Below are positions 13,610-26,485 of a DNA stretch of 64,000 nt, piece after piece (within the stretch, counting starts at the first letter, position 1; the number at the start of each line of letters is the position of its first letter). Source of the DNA: Chrysomallon squamiferum. Its lineage: Eukaryota; Animalia; Mollusca. The notes under the pieces are model-generated. The model was not told the DNA's origin, made no database searches, and was given only the letters and a program-made list of their open reading frames with translations. Where the stretch lies: assembly GCA_012295275.1 (NCBI GenBank), contig CM022666.1, positions 4,588,001 through 4,652,000 of the forward strand, written 5' to 3'. The position numbers and the translations under genes are program-made.

Positions 13610-14984
13610 TACCTCTCTTCGAGTCAAATCAAGGGAGGTAATCCATGCTGCCACACACCGAAAACGTCAAAGCGGAGTGAAGGGAAATTCAGTGACAGCG
13701 TTCTATGTGATATTCGGTTTGATGTTTGTGGTTGATATTTTGTTGTTTGCTCATCGGATGGCCAAGACAATCTCATTTGCTAAGCTTCTCCTGTACGGGT
13801 ACCTGAGTATGTGGATTATAAGGAAACAGGTAATTAATAATTTGTTTATGGACACTTCAGTGCATACTATTATTAGTAATTAATGAAAGATATTTAATTT
13901 TTGATTGAAGTTGTCACACATTTATTGTCAAAGATATGTAAATTAATGTTTTTAATAATAATAATAATAACAACAACAACAACAACAACAACAACAATAT
14001 TTACAAAGTACTACTAATATTAACAGGTTAACATTTAAATAAAATTAGTTAGGTTTTATTTGTTATATTGTTAAATTATTTTTTATATCAGTTATTTTAA
14101 TACGTAATTTGATCATCCTCGTTATTACTGCAAATACTTTTATTACTAAAACTAGTACTAATACTATTACTACTATTTCTACTGTTACAATTATTATTAC
14201 TATTACTGTTGTTGTTATTATGACTAGGGCCACTACTATTATTACTATTGCTTCTACTACTACTATTAATTTTATAATTATTATTATTACAGATACTACC
14301 ACTATTATTGCAACAAAACCAACTACTAGTACTACGACTACTAATAATGCTATTATTATTATTATTTATTATAATTATTATTATAATTATTGTTATTATT
14401 ATTAGTAGTAGTAGTTGTAGTAGTAGTAATATAGTTCTTTATATTGTTGCTGTTGTTGTTGTTTATTTACATACACTATTAGTCACCCAGTATTTCTATA
14501 ATACAAACTATGAATTATCTTGTCAGCTGATGATGAAGGTGACGATGATGTATTGAGAGAGAAAAGTGAAAAACCTAAATCTCTGTTTGAAAATATTCGA
14601 CTACGTGTTAAGAAATTGTGTTTTCAGGTGAGTATTAAGTTTACCTGTCTCCGTATATATATAAATATCAGAGAATGCTAAGGAAGACAACTCTTTCATA
14701 CTCAATGACCTTTATCTCAAGAAAAGCTTGTTGTTGCTATTGTTGTTAATGTAAAATCACTATTATTATTATTATTACTATTATTGTTATTGTTGTTTTT
14801 ATTTAATAGTATTGTTATTGTACCATTGTTGTTGATGAACTTTTTTCGCAGTTAATATTTTGTTTCAGTTTTAGTTTTCATGCAGGTAGTCAAAACACTG
14901 TTTATCCCAAATGCTGTTTTCACTGAAGCTGTGTGTCTCCTTGTTTACTATTATTATTACAGACTGGGTCTCCATCACGACATG
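13610..14984 (+). pseudogene. Partial duplicate of the membrane-protein gene (3 exons)
   Basis: Homologs of the first three visible exons at about 13610-13829 (1-nt deletion gggtaccctgag->gggtacctgag, frameshift), 14527-14627 and 14886-14984 (in-frame shortened). Downstream exons absent. Confidence 0.85.
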
Positions 14985-15219
14985 GTAAGTGCTATCTGTG
15001 AGTTTATTTATTTATTTTTAAATAATTTATAAAAATATATTGTCATACTTCTTTTTTAGATGATTTTATTTTGTATCCATATGAAACTGGAAATAAGACA
15101 AAAGTTGCAGAATAATATCATTTAAACATCCAGAATACAGTATTATTCTAGTATATTATATATCATGTAGTTTATATTTACAGGGAGACAGTATTAAATA
15201 TTATATAATTAAGTACAGT

Positions 15220-15530
15220 ACATACCATGTAATTTATACGTCTAGAGATACGCTGTTAAAGATTAATAGACTGCAGTATATACCATGTAATTTCTGTATC
15301 CAGTATTAAAGATTAATAGAGTGCAGTATATACCATGTAATTTCTGTATCCAGTATTAAAGATTAATAGAATGCTATACATACCATGTAATTTATATATC
15401 CAGGAATATAGTATTAAATAATATATAATAAAATACAGTACATACCATGTAATTTATATATCCAGGAATATAGTATTAAATAATATATAATAAAATACAG
15501 TACATACCATGGATTTATATTTTCAAAGAT
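15220..15530. repeat. About 50-57 bp minisatellite (taccatgtaatttatatatccag..tattaaagattaatagagtgcagtaca); also 28798-29130, inverted at 54630-54900 and 55220-55400
   Basis: Tandem units visible directly. A related motif occurs in the membrane-gene intron at about 3560-3720. Confidence 0.85.
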
Positions 15531-17383
15531 ATAATATTACAGATTCATTACTGCAAATAATATGTATTCTGTGTATCATTTTATAAATAACTGAAGTTCT
15601 GTGGTGTAGAGTATAAATGAATACATTAATGTGTATATCCAAGGATATAATATACAAAATTATTACAGTACATATAATGTAATTTATAAATCAAAGGATA
15701 TAATATTAAAGATTCAGCATGTGCATGTACAGTGAATGTTCTTGTATGGTAGATGTTCTGTACACAATAGATTTTCTACTGCAGAAGTTCTATGTAGAAA
15801 GACATTTTTGTACAGTTCAGGATATGCTAAACATGTATATCTGTGGATGCTGTAAATATAATTAATGTTAAATGATAAAGAATTCTCCATGCATAGTGGC
15901 TTTTCTTTGTAAAGTGAATATGTAATGTATGTACTATTGGTCTGTGTTCAGTAAATCTGTACAGTGGATGTTCTACAAACAGGGAATGTGTTCTAGGTAT
16001 GTTCTGTGTAAAATGAGTGTGTACTGTATTCAGTGAATGAAAATTTACATATTATTGTTTTTCTATATAAACTGACTGATGAAAGTTAAATGTTCACTGA
16101 TTGGTTTAAAATGAATAATACAAGTTAAGTATTCTTTATACAGTCTGTACTCATGCACTGAAACGATAAGAGTAATAAATGTTTATATATATGTTACATC
16201 TGAAATTTCTTGTAAACTTTGCATAAGAAATAATCGATTTAAGGCATTTTGTTTTATCAGAATAAGAATTTTGTTTTTAGAAGTATTTCAGAATCGTAAA
16301 TATTAGGATTATTAATTATATTATCACTATCATCATCATCATTATTAATTTTATTATCACTTTCATATCATCATCATCATCATCATTATTACTGTTAGCT
16401 GTTATCATTGTTGTTAAATAAAGACTACAGTGATACATCTGGTCACCTGTTCATAATTTATATTTACTTTAAAAGTAGTAAAAATGTCTTGTGCATTTGT
16501 CATTTTCTTCTTATTTTTTCTTTCTTTGTTTCTTCGATTGTTTGTTTGTTTTTTGTTGTTGTTGTAATAACAAGTAAAATTAATGAGATCATTTTTCAAC
16601 TCACTTTTCACTTCTACACCAGTCAGCGACATGATTTGATTTTTATTTTATAAAGCGAAATTTGTATACTTTATAGACTATGTAAAATATTGCACTTATA
16701 TAATATGTACATATCACATACTAATATAGATACACCTACAGACGTGCACATTCAAACACATGTATCATGTTTACGTTTTAATAGTTAAGCAGTCGTCCTT
16801 GACACCGACGACATACAACTGTATCTCACCGGAAATCTTTTAGAATGCCGGGTGCATTATCTTTAAAAATAGATCTACCGAGTAATGTTTATAAATAGTT
16901 GTTTGCTAAGTGACTCAGCTGATTCAAAATGCACGGCCAACGTGTTCTCTTTGAGTCCTGCCTACAATGACGTCGCTGGCTGTAAAATGTACACGTGACG
17001 TCAGATTGATATCTCACACACTACCAAGTTCATTGACGTGATTTCTATTATCTCTAGGCCAAAGAAATATGCTGAACAACTGTGCTCCTTCGTGGATCTT
17101 GTGTAGATATATACTGTAGTGCATAGCTGGAGTGTATTAGGACATTTGAAATTAGATAATGTAGATGTTCTTGATTAAATTGTTTATAATTTATTTAGAG
17201 TTAGACTATTGAAGAGTAATTAAATAAAAAAATAACAAACTACCTGGTTAATAGTCAGTTGTTAAGTTTTTCCTTCTTTGTTTCTGTTCATACACGTACA
17301 TCACATGTACTTGACGTAGTCTAGTTTCTGTCACAAAAACAACTCAGGGAAAACTGAACAAAGCAATATTCTTAAAATACATC

Positions 17384-17436
<53 letters not shown>

Positions 17437-18250
17437 CTTATTTGTATTTTTTTGTTTGGTTGTTGTTCTTTCATTCTTGTTGTTGTTGTTTGTTTCTTAT
17501 TGTTGTTTTGTTTTGAATTTCATGTTTTGTTTTTCTTGTTTATTTGTTTTTTCCGGCTCACCTGTGCTCTGATTAGATCAACAATTAACTGCAAAGTACT
17601 AACCTGACATAATAGTATGTACGTGTGTATAAAATGACATTGTAGAGATTCCAAAAGTCACGTTTACCTAACAATTCCTTTTACCCAGAGACGTGAATAA
17701 CTTTACACATTAACATTTTCATTTATAGACTTCCATTTTATTGCGTCATTGACTGAACTGCACGGTAGTGTCTATTCTAGGTCACAGCAAGGATTTATGA
17801 ACCTTTCGTATCTGTTGTTACAATTACACTGACATACTGATTGCGTCAATATTTTTTTGTCCTATGATCTTTTTGACAACACTTCTGTTTATAAGTTTTT
17901 CCATGGGATTGGTAGTGGAGGGCTTCTAGCGCATTCGTGAATGTCAAAATGTTCGTTGGGAAAAATCTCAGCATGTGATAGTAGTATTATATCAATTAGT
18001 AAAATTTATCGAACACGTGAACAGAAGCAACTCTATACATTAAAGGCAACAATATCAACAACCACAACATCAGATTTATTTATTTATAACAATGATAATG
18101 CATTCGAACTTTCTCGATCTGTCTATTAGTAATACGGTTGACATAACTTTATCAACTTAATAACAGAATATACTTGAGATTATAATAAATATTTTTATTT
18201 AATTTAATTTTATAAAATGTATGTAATATATGTTTATGTGTCTATGCAGT

Positions 18251-18300
18251 GTCGACAGCTCCAATGAAGGAAGGAACAAAACTTTCTTGCTGTCTTCGTG
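18251..18300 (-). pseudogene. TNF homology domain fragment (RRQQESFVPSFIGAVD); duplicate at 31928-31977
   Basis: Reverse complement matches TNF last-exon sequence cgaagataccaggaaggttttgttccttcctacattggagctgt. Confidence 0.8.
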
Positions 18301-19017
18301 CTAAAGAATAATATGCTAAAATGATCTGTGAGTATTCAAAGCCTGACAAACATAAAAACAAAAATCCCTTCACTGGTAATATCGATGAATTGAGCGAACA
18401 TCTGCTACAAACTTTATTTATTTATTTAACTATTTAATTATTTGTTTATTTGTTTGTTTGTTTGATTATTTTTATTTGTTTAATTCTTTTCATTTTTTTT
18501 TTTTCTGATAATTAATTTATTTATTTCACTTTATTTTTATCACTTTTTATTTATTTTCCGGTATATTACTTTATTTATTTATTTATTTAACTAAACAATT
18601 AATATTTCATAATTCTTGGTGTTTTAAACTGAATTTTAATTTTTCTATATTTTTCGTTTTATAAAATAGAATGTATAATGTATAATCTCTATTTATATGG
18701 ACCAAAATAACTAACTAGCAACAACAACAACAACAATAATAAATAGACGAATAAATAAATAAATAAATATATAAATAAATAAATAAATAATTAAATAAAT
18801 AAATAGTAATAATAATAATAACATTAATTAATTAATTACTTAATTAATTATAATAAAGGTTATAACAACGGTTATTATAATAGTTTCAAGCGTAAGGTGG
18901 TGAATCTAAGCTGCTCAACTTCAACAGAATAGAGTTGAGATAATAATAAACATTTTTATTCAATTGAACACTTTTTTATATTTGTAAATTGTATGTAATG
19001 TATGTGTATGTGTATAT

Positions 19018-19090
19018 ACAGTATCACAGATTTTCAGGGAGTCAACAGCTCCAATGTAGGAAGCAACCAAATGTTCTTTGTATCTTCGTA
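19018..19090 (-). pseudogene. TNF homology domain fragment (RRYKEHLVASYIGAVDSLKICDTV); duplicate at 32695-32768
   Basis: Aligns to RRYQEGFVASYIGAVYYLKANDTV of the intact genes. Confidence 0.85.
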
Positions 19091-19841
19091 GTAAAGAATG
19101 AAAAGCTAAAATTATCTGTAAGTATTCAAAGCCTGACAAACATAAAAAAATCCCTTCACTGGTAATATCTATTAAACAAAAGTATGAACACATGCATAAT
19201 CTAATAAGAAAGCATATATATGTATATATACACTAGGACACAACAAACCCAAGACACATTTAAAACTGTATTCAATATAGCAATAAAGAATAATATAGTT
19301 GGATAGAATAATTATAATCGGTCACAACAACCACGTAAGGATTAATACAGAAGAGCAAACATCTACATATCTAGTTACACAGTGCGTTCAGTGGACAGCG
19401 ACCGTTAACAGGAATTGTTCCACAGTTTTTCCCTATCAAACAAGAAAAAAATATATATATATATCTCGGTTCTTTTATTAAAAAGGGACTCACGTTATTT
19501 GTCAACGTGTTCCCGAGCAGTGTTTATAAATAGCTGTTTGCCAAGTGACGCAGCTGATACAAAATCAACGGCCCACTTGCTTACACTACAAAACCACACA
19601 AATATTATCTGATTTCGCGCATGTCTTGTTAATGTGAGTACGCACGGACTCTTGAAAGCTCATGTTGGTACACAGACCTGACAAATGTACACACTGATAT
19701 CGTATTTCCCAACTGCTTCATTCACAGTAATGACCTACAATGACCTCGCTGTATGGGTAGGGGTCGGCACCGCTTCGTCAGCCACCAGTTAGTACATTAA
19801 TTTGACACTCCTCCAAAACATATCTCCAAAAGGTTCCCAGT

Positions 19842-19851
19842 GGGAATTTCC
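19842..19851 (+). promoter_or_regulatory. Consensus NF-kB site GGGAATTTCC
   Basis: Exact match to GGGRNWYYCC, about 2.6 kb upstream of the putative TNF copy 2 promoter. Motif match only. Confidence 0.4.
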
Positions 19852-21478
19852 TTTTTTTGTTTCTTTTTGTTATATTTATTTATTTGCTGTGGGTTTCGTA
19901 GTTAATGTGTAGTCATTTAACATACTATGAAGAAAATGAGCAAAGTTATTATATTTATATTTTTTGTGTTTTTTAATAGTAGTAGTAGTAGTAGTAGTAA
20001 TAGTAGTAGTTGTTGTTATTATTATTACGATTGCTTTTGTCATTATTGTTAAATAAAAAATATTGCTGACTTCTATTCCTGTGTTAAGTAAGCGACACAA
20101 ACTAACAACAAAATGAAATGATATAGTCTGAGCTTCACGTGGTGGAATTTTACAGCCAGGATTTGTCATCTTACACATAATCGGAATAAATTAATGTAGT
20201 CATCCTGGAACAAATCCAGGGTAACGTTCGCTGTCCACTGAACGCACTGTGTAACTAGATATGTAGATGTTTGCTCTTCTGTATTAATCCTTACGTGATT
20301 GCTGTGACCGATTACAATCATTCTATCCATCTATAGTATTCTTTATTGCTTTACTGAATGTTCAGACTTCTCAAGTTCGCCAATTTTGACAAAATGTAAC
20401 GCTCTGCATTCTTATGACCATACATCAAAGAATGTAGCTCACCATTCTTGTTGAAATGAGTATTATTAAAAAGACACTTTGAAAACGATTCTTGAAATAG
20501 TACTGGTAATTAAACATGAGTTTTATGGGTTTTATGCATGTACGCTTTCACACACACAAATACATATTAACATGAAATAACTGAATATTTCAGGATTTAC
20601 ATGTAAAGACTGGTTTCACAAATTGACCAGAAATATATATATGAATATGTGATGCGTGTATTATGTATGAATATTGTTAGGATTTGTAAATATTGTTGCA
20701 TTTTCTTATAGTTTTACTTTTTTAGATGAAGTTTGACGTGTTTCCTCACTGAATACAGAAAACAATGGATTTTTGTTGCCACAGTTTTTTCTTATTAGAT
20801 TATTCATGTGTTCACACTTTTGTTTAATAGATATTACTTGTGAGGGGATTTCTTTGATGTTTGTCAAGTTTTGAATCCTACTGTTGTTGTTGTTGTTGTT
20901 GTTGATATTATTATTATTAATAATTTATTTGTTTATTTATTGATATTGTTGTTGTTGTTGTTGCTATTTATTCAATTAATTAATGTATATATTTTATTTA
21001 TATGGAGATTATATTTATTTCATATTTATTATATACACAGATAATATTTTTTCAATTAATTTTGTTAAATAATGTTTACTGTACTTGGTTACACACACAT
21101 TCTTTGGACAGTTGCCAGTATTTCAAATAACATCATATTTAAATTATGATGTTGGCTTGTGTCACGTGAACGTTTTCCGAGAATCAATAATCAATACTCT
21201 CTTTCTCCGGGAACTGGACTTCCCACCAAAGCTATAAATAGATGTGAGTCAGTAGTTGAACTTTTATGGGAAACATATTACTAGTAGACAGATTCAGAAA
21301 AGTATTGTTATAAATAAATAAATTTGTTGTTGTTGTTGTTGTAGTTACTGCTGTTGAAAATTCAAATGAATATCGATACTTTTTTTGTTTCGTTCTTAAT
21401 GAAATGCTCGGTCGATTCATTAACAAAGCAGCAGCTAGGTCAGAAACGCCATTTGCAACACAAAGCACGATTCACAAA

Positions 21479-21524
<46 letters not shown>

Positions 21525-22401
21525 CTTGAGATTAAGGTTAACGAGAAGTAACAAATAACATTTTTCAAGAACCGAGCTTTTCCGTTACATGTAATCGTTA
21601 AATATAATATTCATAAATAAACAGACGTGAACTTATTACTTCTGTTGTACTGGTTGCTATTGTTGTAGTTCTTCTGATTATCATCATTATTATTATTAAT
21701 ATTACTATTGCTGCTGTCGTTGTTAAATATAGACTGCAGCGTCATACTGATCACGTTTTCAGTAACTGATTCTAATCGATATACAATAATACTATCACGT
21801 GCCGGGATTTCCAGTAAGCAATCAGTATGTCAAGGTCGGTGTATTTATAGAGAAGGAACTATACTCTCCCAACACAGAAACGCAAAATAGTTGTAAACTC
21901 ACACATATCGATCTGTATAATGTATGAATAGAATGACACTTGGTGATTCAAACGTATAGCTTTTGTTAGTCGCCAAAAAGCAGGTAACACAAAATAAAGG
22001 CTACGACCATGTTTATTAGTCAAAACGTCCCCGCATGCAAACCACGTTACCAGTGTATCTGCACGTGCGCAACATGAAACTTGAATACGAGGGTTATAAA
22101 AATGCAAGGTTTTCGAATATTTCTGTTCCTTATTTTTGTTCTCACCCAACATCAAACAAATGTCACGACTGAGTGAATCCATGCGCATACATATTAACAA
22201 GAGTTTGGTCACAAAAAATGGTGTCCTATTTTTGTGGTACTACGGTGTTTTTATGCTGTGTACCGGAGTAGACACTGACATGCGCATTTAGGCAAAAATA
22301 TGATAAAATGGAAGTGTACAGGTAAAAAAATCTTAATATATAAGGTTATTGAACTTACTGGGTAAAAAGAATTAAGTTGGGTAAACGTGCATTCCTCTTA
22401 G

Positions 22402-22548
22402 CCAATCAAAAATGAACGCGTTAGTTGCTAGAGAATATCATACTATCGTTTCAAAGTTTCTGGTATAAAAAAGCCTGTTATACAGCGTTTCTGTCATAGC
22501 CGTGCTTCACTCCATTGTGAACAAAAAGGCAGCCTAATTTAGGTATGT
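22402..22548 (+). promoter_or_regulatory. Putative core promoter and non-coding first exon of TNF copy 2
   Basis: CCAAT 22402-22406, TATAAAA 22464-22470, splice donor ag|gtatgt at 22542/22543. The same arrangement is conserved upstream of copies 3 and 4. Matching acceptor at 24400 just before the ATG exon. Confidence 0.7.
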
Positions 22549-22554
22549 AAATGT

Positions 22555-22690
22555 TTTACTTATTTCATAGGTTATATATATTTATATAAAATTATAATTT
22601 CACTTATTTCATAGGTAATATATATTTATATAAAATTATAATTTCATTTATTTCATAGGTTATATTTATTTATAAAAAAATATAAATTAA
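22555..22690. repeat. About 40-bp tandem repeat (cttatttcataggttatatatatttatataaaattataatttca) just after the non-coding exon donor; also 40100-40280, inverted at 34970-35050 and 50340-50440
   Basis: Three to four tandem units seen directly. Confidence 0.8.
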
Positions 22691-22759
22691 CAATGCTGTT
22701 TAGGATTTTTACACGTCCTAATTTCATTTGTATAATACAATATTTGGTGGTATTGCACC

Positions 22760-23620
22760 AACTTGAAAAAATAAAACATCGCGGTAAGTTCGATAAGTTT
22801 CTAACACATGCGTTGGCAGGTAAGAATAATAACAGCCACAGAAAATACAGCACTCATTTATTTCGCTGGTATCTCGAAAATCTGCAAAATGCACGTGCAA
22901 GTCGTGCTACTGGCAGCTTAATGTAACAGGTCTGTTGTTATTAAGCAGGAAAACTGAGTTATCAGATTCACGTTGCGATCTATAAACAATAACGTTCACG
23001 GCAGTTTGAATTTCTGTCACTGAGAGGAAACCAGCCCTGGACGTGATCTTTCGAGGACGATACAATGTCAGCAAACAGAGCGGATATGTAGAATGAGGAC
23101 CTGGCATGCTTTGACAGATTTTTTCTGCCTTTGCACTAAACCAACTAGCCAAGGTTTTAGGAACGGAGAAAGAGAACATTACCTCAGCTTATTTTGTTTT
23201 TTTGATCGGAGCAAAAATGTTTACAGAATTGTTTCAAGAACCAGACGATCTACTACGAAGGTGATTAAATGTGTTCATCAAACTTTGACAGTACTTTAGT
23301 CAAGGTATTTTCATTCTTGCTTGTCAAATCTGATCTCCGCTGGTTTACGAGAACATCGAACTTTCCGCCATTAAGCCCTACCCGAGTTCACCGAGTGTTG
23401 TTGTTCGTTTTTGAATTTTTCACAATAAAAACACATTTTAGTGATTTAATTAAATCATCAACATCTATGGAGCCGAAACTGTTTTCGAATTTCTTGGAAA
23501 AATAAGATGGTTTGGCTGTAGAATACTGGAAACAAGCCATCATCGCCTTCATTAGTCACGTGATCACAATATTACCACCTGTTTGCATATTTATTCCACT
23601 TCAGGGCACTGCATGTTTAT
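22760..23620 (-). mobile_element. Degenerate BEL/Pao LTR-retrotransposon pol remnant; second copy at about 40480-40850
   Basis: Minus-strand peptides FGSIDVDDLIKS (cf. YVDD RT motif), VLSKFD..SP (cf. FDPLG) and FLSVTEIQTAVNVIVYRSQRE (cf. the L(S/T)xxExxxAExxIIxxxQ segment before the integrase zinc finger) occur in BEL/Pao order. Many stops and deletions. Confidence 0.6.
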
Positions 23621-24028
23621 TGCGCTTTGACACATTATGTTACCTCGAGCTGTTTTTCTGTCACTTTAATTTTTTTACATTGTTTTCATTGTTAGAAAGT
23701 TATATCTTTGATTGCCAATCTACCGTCACACTTTCCCTATTTTTGTTAAGAGAAAAAAAAAAAAACACTTTATTATTATTATTTTTTTTAATTTCCACGT
23801 CTTTCCAGTGATATAAATTACTTCGATTGAAAAACTCTCCTCTTTACATTCTTCAGCAATTGGAGACAAACTTTGTGGTATCACGTGTCCAAGTTTACAT
23901 CAGGAGGATTATCTGTTCCATTAGACATCGCTGTGCTGTCATATTGGATTTCAGTGGTGAGTATTTGTACACAGTGGTTTACAAGCCATCAAGCCTGGCA
24001 TTTTTTTTTTTTTTTTCATTATTATTAC

Positions 24029-24062
<34 letters not shown>

Positions 24063-24435
24063 TTTTTATTATTTTTTTTTTCACCTCACACAGGAACATT
24101 ATCGATGTAAATATATCTTAGTATTATTTATTTATTTATTTTTTTTCTTCAAAGAATGTTATATAGAGCTATATGTACGAGTGTATACTGTGTGTGAATT
24201 TGTCTTGGTAATAGTTATTATTTTATTTATTTATTTATACCATTCTTAAAATGTTTTTTATTTATACAAGTTAATTACTTTTTTTTTTTTTTTTTTGCTG
24301 GAATAATATTATATATAAGTGTGTATATTGTATGTGTGTATTTATCTTGGTATTATTCATTACTAATAACATTTTGTTTTCTTTTGGTCATGTTCTACAG
24401 ATTACTTCAAAAGGAATTAAAAGCTGTTCCACAAA

Positions 24436-25374
24436 ATGAATTCAATTCTTCCTGTCACTGCCATTTCTCTTATGGTACTAAGCTTGATACTCATCAGTTT
24501 CATTGCATCTGTAACATTAAACGAATTTCTGAACAGAGAAACCAGCTTGTTGTTTGACAAGGAACTGTGTGTGAAAATCTCGTGCAAACCAGGAGAAAAT
24601 TGTTGTGATGACAAATCTACGAACAGAACCAGGAACAATACCACATATTGCTGTTACAGTGATGGAGAAACAGTGATCAGTGAAATTATGAAAAAGGTAA
24701 ATAAGTTCTGAGAAAAATTCCAGAAATACATATTATACAAAAAAAATAAAATAGTTAAAAAAATAAAATAAAATAAAATGTGGGTATGAAATTTAGAAAT
24801 AGGCAAGTTCTGTATAAAAATATATTAAATTTAAGTTCATTATAAATAAAATTAAAAATAAAATTAAAAGAAAGACAAAAAGAAAAAAGTTTTACGTAGA
24901 TATGAAATTAAGATAGAGATAAATTCTATATAAGGATATTAAAAAGTTAAATTCATTCATTATAAATGAAATAAAAAAAAAAGATTCAACTACATTTAAT
25001 AATATTGGAATTAAGAAAAGGAGATATTCATCGTCCTGAAAAATATTTATCAATTTCAAAGTGATTATTGTGGAAGAGCTTCAAAATGGTTATTAATATT
25101 CTTTTTAGAAACTGAGTGAAAGTCATACAAAAGCTGAGAAAAGTGGTAAGTTAACACAAACACACATACTTAAATATCTACAAAAGCTTTTATAATGATG
25201 TATTTGTATGTATGTATGTGTGTGTGTACAGTTTTATGTACGCATGCATACGTTTGTCTGTGTATGTGTGTGTTTCAGAAAAGCAATTTAAGCATATTAG
25301 AGATGTCGCTGATCTTCTGAATTTAGGTAATATAAAAATGTGTACAAGTCTATGTATTTTTACATGTATCAATG

Positions 25375-25416
<42 letters not shown>

Positions 25417-26485
25417 TGTGTGTGTTTCAGAAGAAAACTTAAGCAGATCAGGGATGTCGCTGATGTTCTGAATTTAGGTAATATAAATACGTGTACGAGT
25501 CTGTGTATTTATACATGTATCAGTGTATATATATGTATATATATGCGTGTATGTGTGTGTATATATATATATATATTTCAGAACAGAATCTTAAACTGAT
25601 CAGAGAGGTCGCTTACAATCTGAATAATAAAAACAATGTGAGGACATCGGCTCATCTACAAATGGAAGTGAATGCAACATATGACAAAAGTAAGATAACA
25701 AATATTAGTACTAGTAATAGTAGTAGTAGTAGTATAGTAGTAGTATTATTAGTAGAGTAGTAGTAGTAGTGGTAGTAGTAGTAGTAGAAGTAGTAGTAGC
25801 TGTCGTAGTAGAGTAGTAGTACTCAGTTAAAAGATATGATTTGATAATAAACGTAGTAATAGTAGTAGTTACTTAAAAAGATGGTCTGGTAAAAGTAGTC
25901 GTAGTAGTTATCACTTAGTCATTAGCAGTGGTTAGGAAATATTAGTAGTAATTCTTATAACAATAGTATTAGCATGTTAGTAGTGATAATATCAGTGATG
26001 ATAGTAAAGTAGTTAATAGCAGGAGTTTGTAGTAGTTATAGACAATTTAAAATAAAAATGTTATTTAAAAATCGTTTATTCTTACAAACTTTTCAGAAAC
26101 ACCGAAGCCTATTATCAAATGGACGTCGTCTGGTAAAAGATCATTTGTGAAAGGAGCTGCAGCTGTTGTCGCTGACGGGATTCAAGTCAAACACTCTGCT
26201 TACTACTTCATATACAGCAACGTTTTATTCCATGCCAACCAAATCACAGAGCTTGAATACTATAGACCGTATCACTCAATTGAAATATGTCCAAATTATG
26301 AAGTCCTCTACACAAATTCTCAAACAACATGCAAAGTACGAAGATACCAGGAAGGTTTTGTTGCTTCCTACATTGGAGCTGTTTACTACCTGAAAGCCAA
26401 TGCCACTGTGATGGTGAGAGCATCACTTGTGAACAGAATTTTGAGAGATCCTGAGACCACCTACTTTGGCCTGTATATGCTGTAA
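24436..26485 (+). CDS. TNF superfamily ligand, TRAIL/TNFSF10-like (copy 2), 264 aa
   Basis: Exons 24436-24696, 25109-25145, 25582-25689, 26097-26485, same sizes and phases as copy 1; open frame ending TYFGLYML*. Optional 48-nt exon at 25279-25326. Confidence 0.93.

Larger units (their letters stand above)
17080..19840 (+). repeat. Segmental duplication block nearly identical to about 30750-33520
   Basis: Long stretches match base for base; for example ORFs 17941-18129 and 31617-31805 translate identically. Confidence 0.92.

Noticed and set aside
15220-15530. CRISPR-like periodic repeats
   Set aside because: Tandem minisatellite without unique spacers, eukaryotic context, no cas genes.
17941-18129. 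ORF identical at 31617-31805 (also the 41385-41672 / 49137-49424 pair)
   Set aside because: Identity is explained by recent segmental duplication; no splice or protein-family signal.
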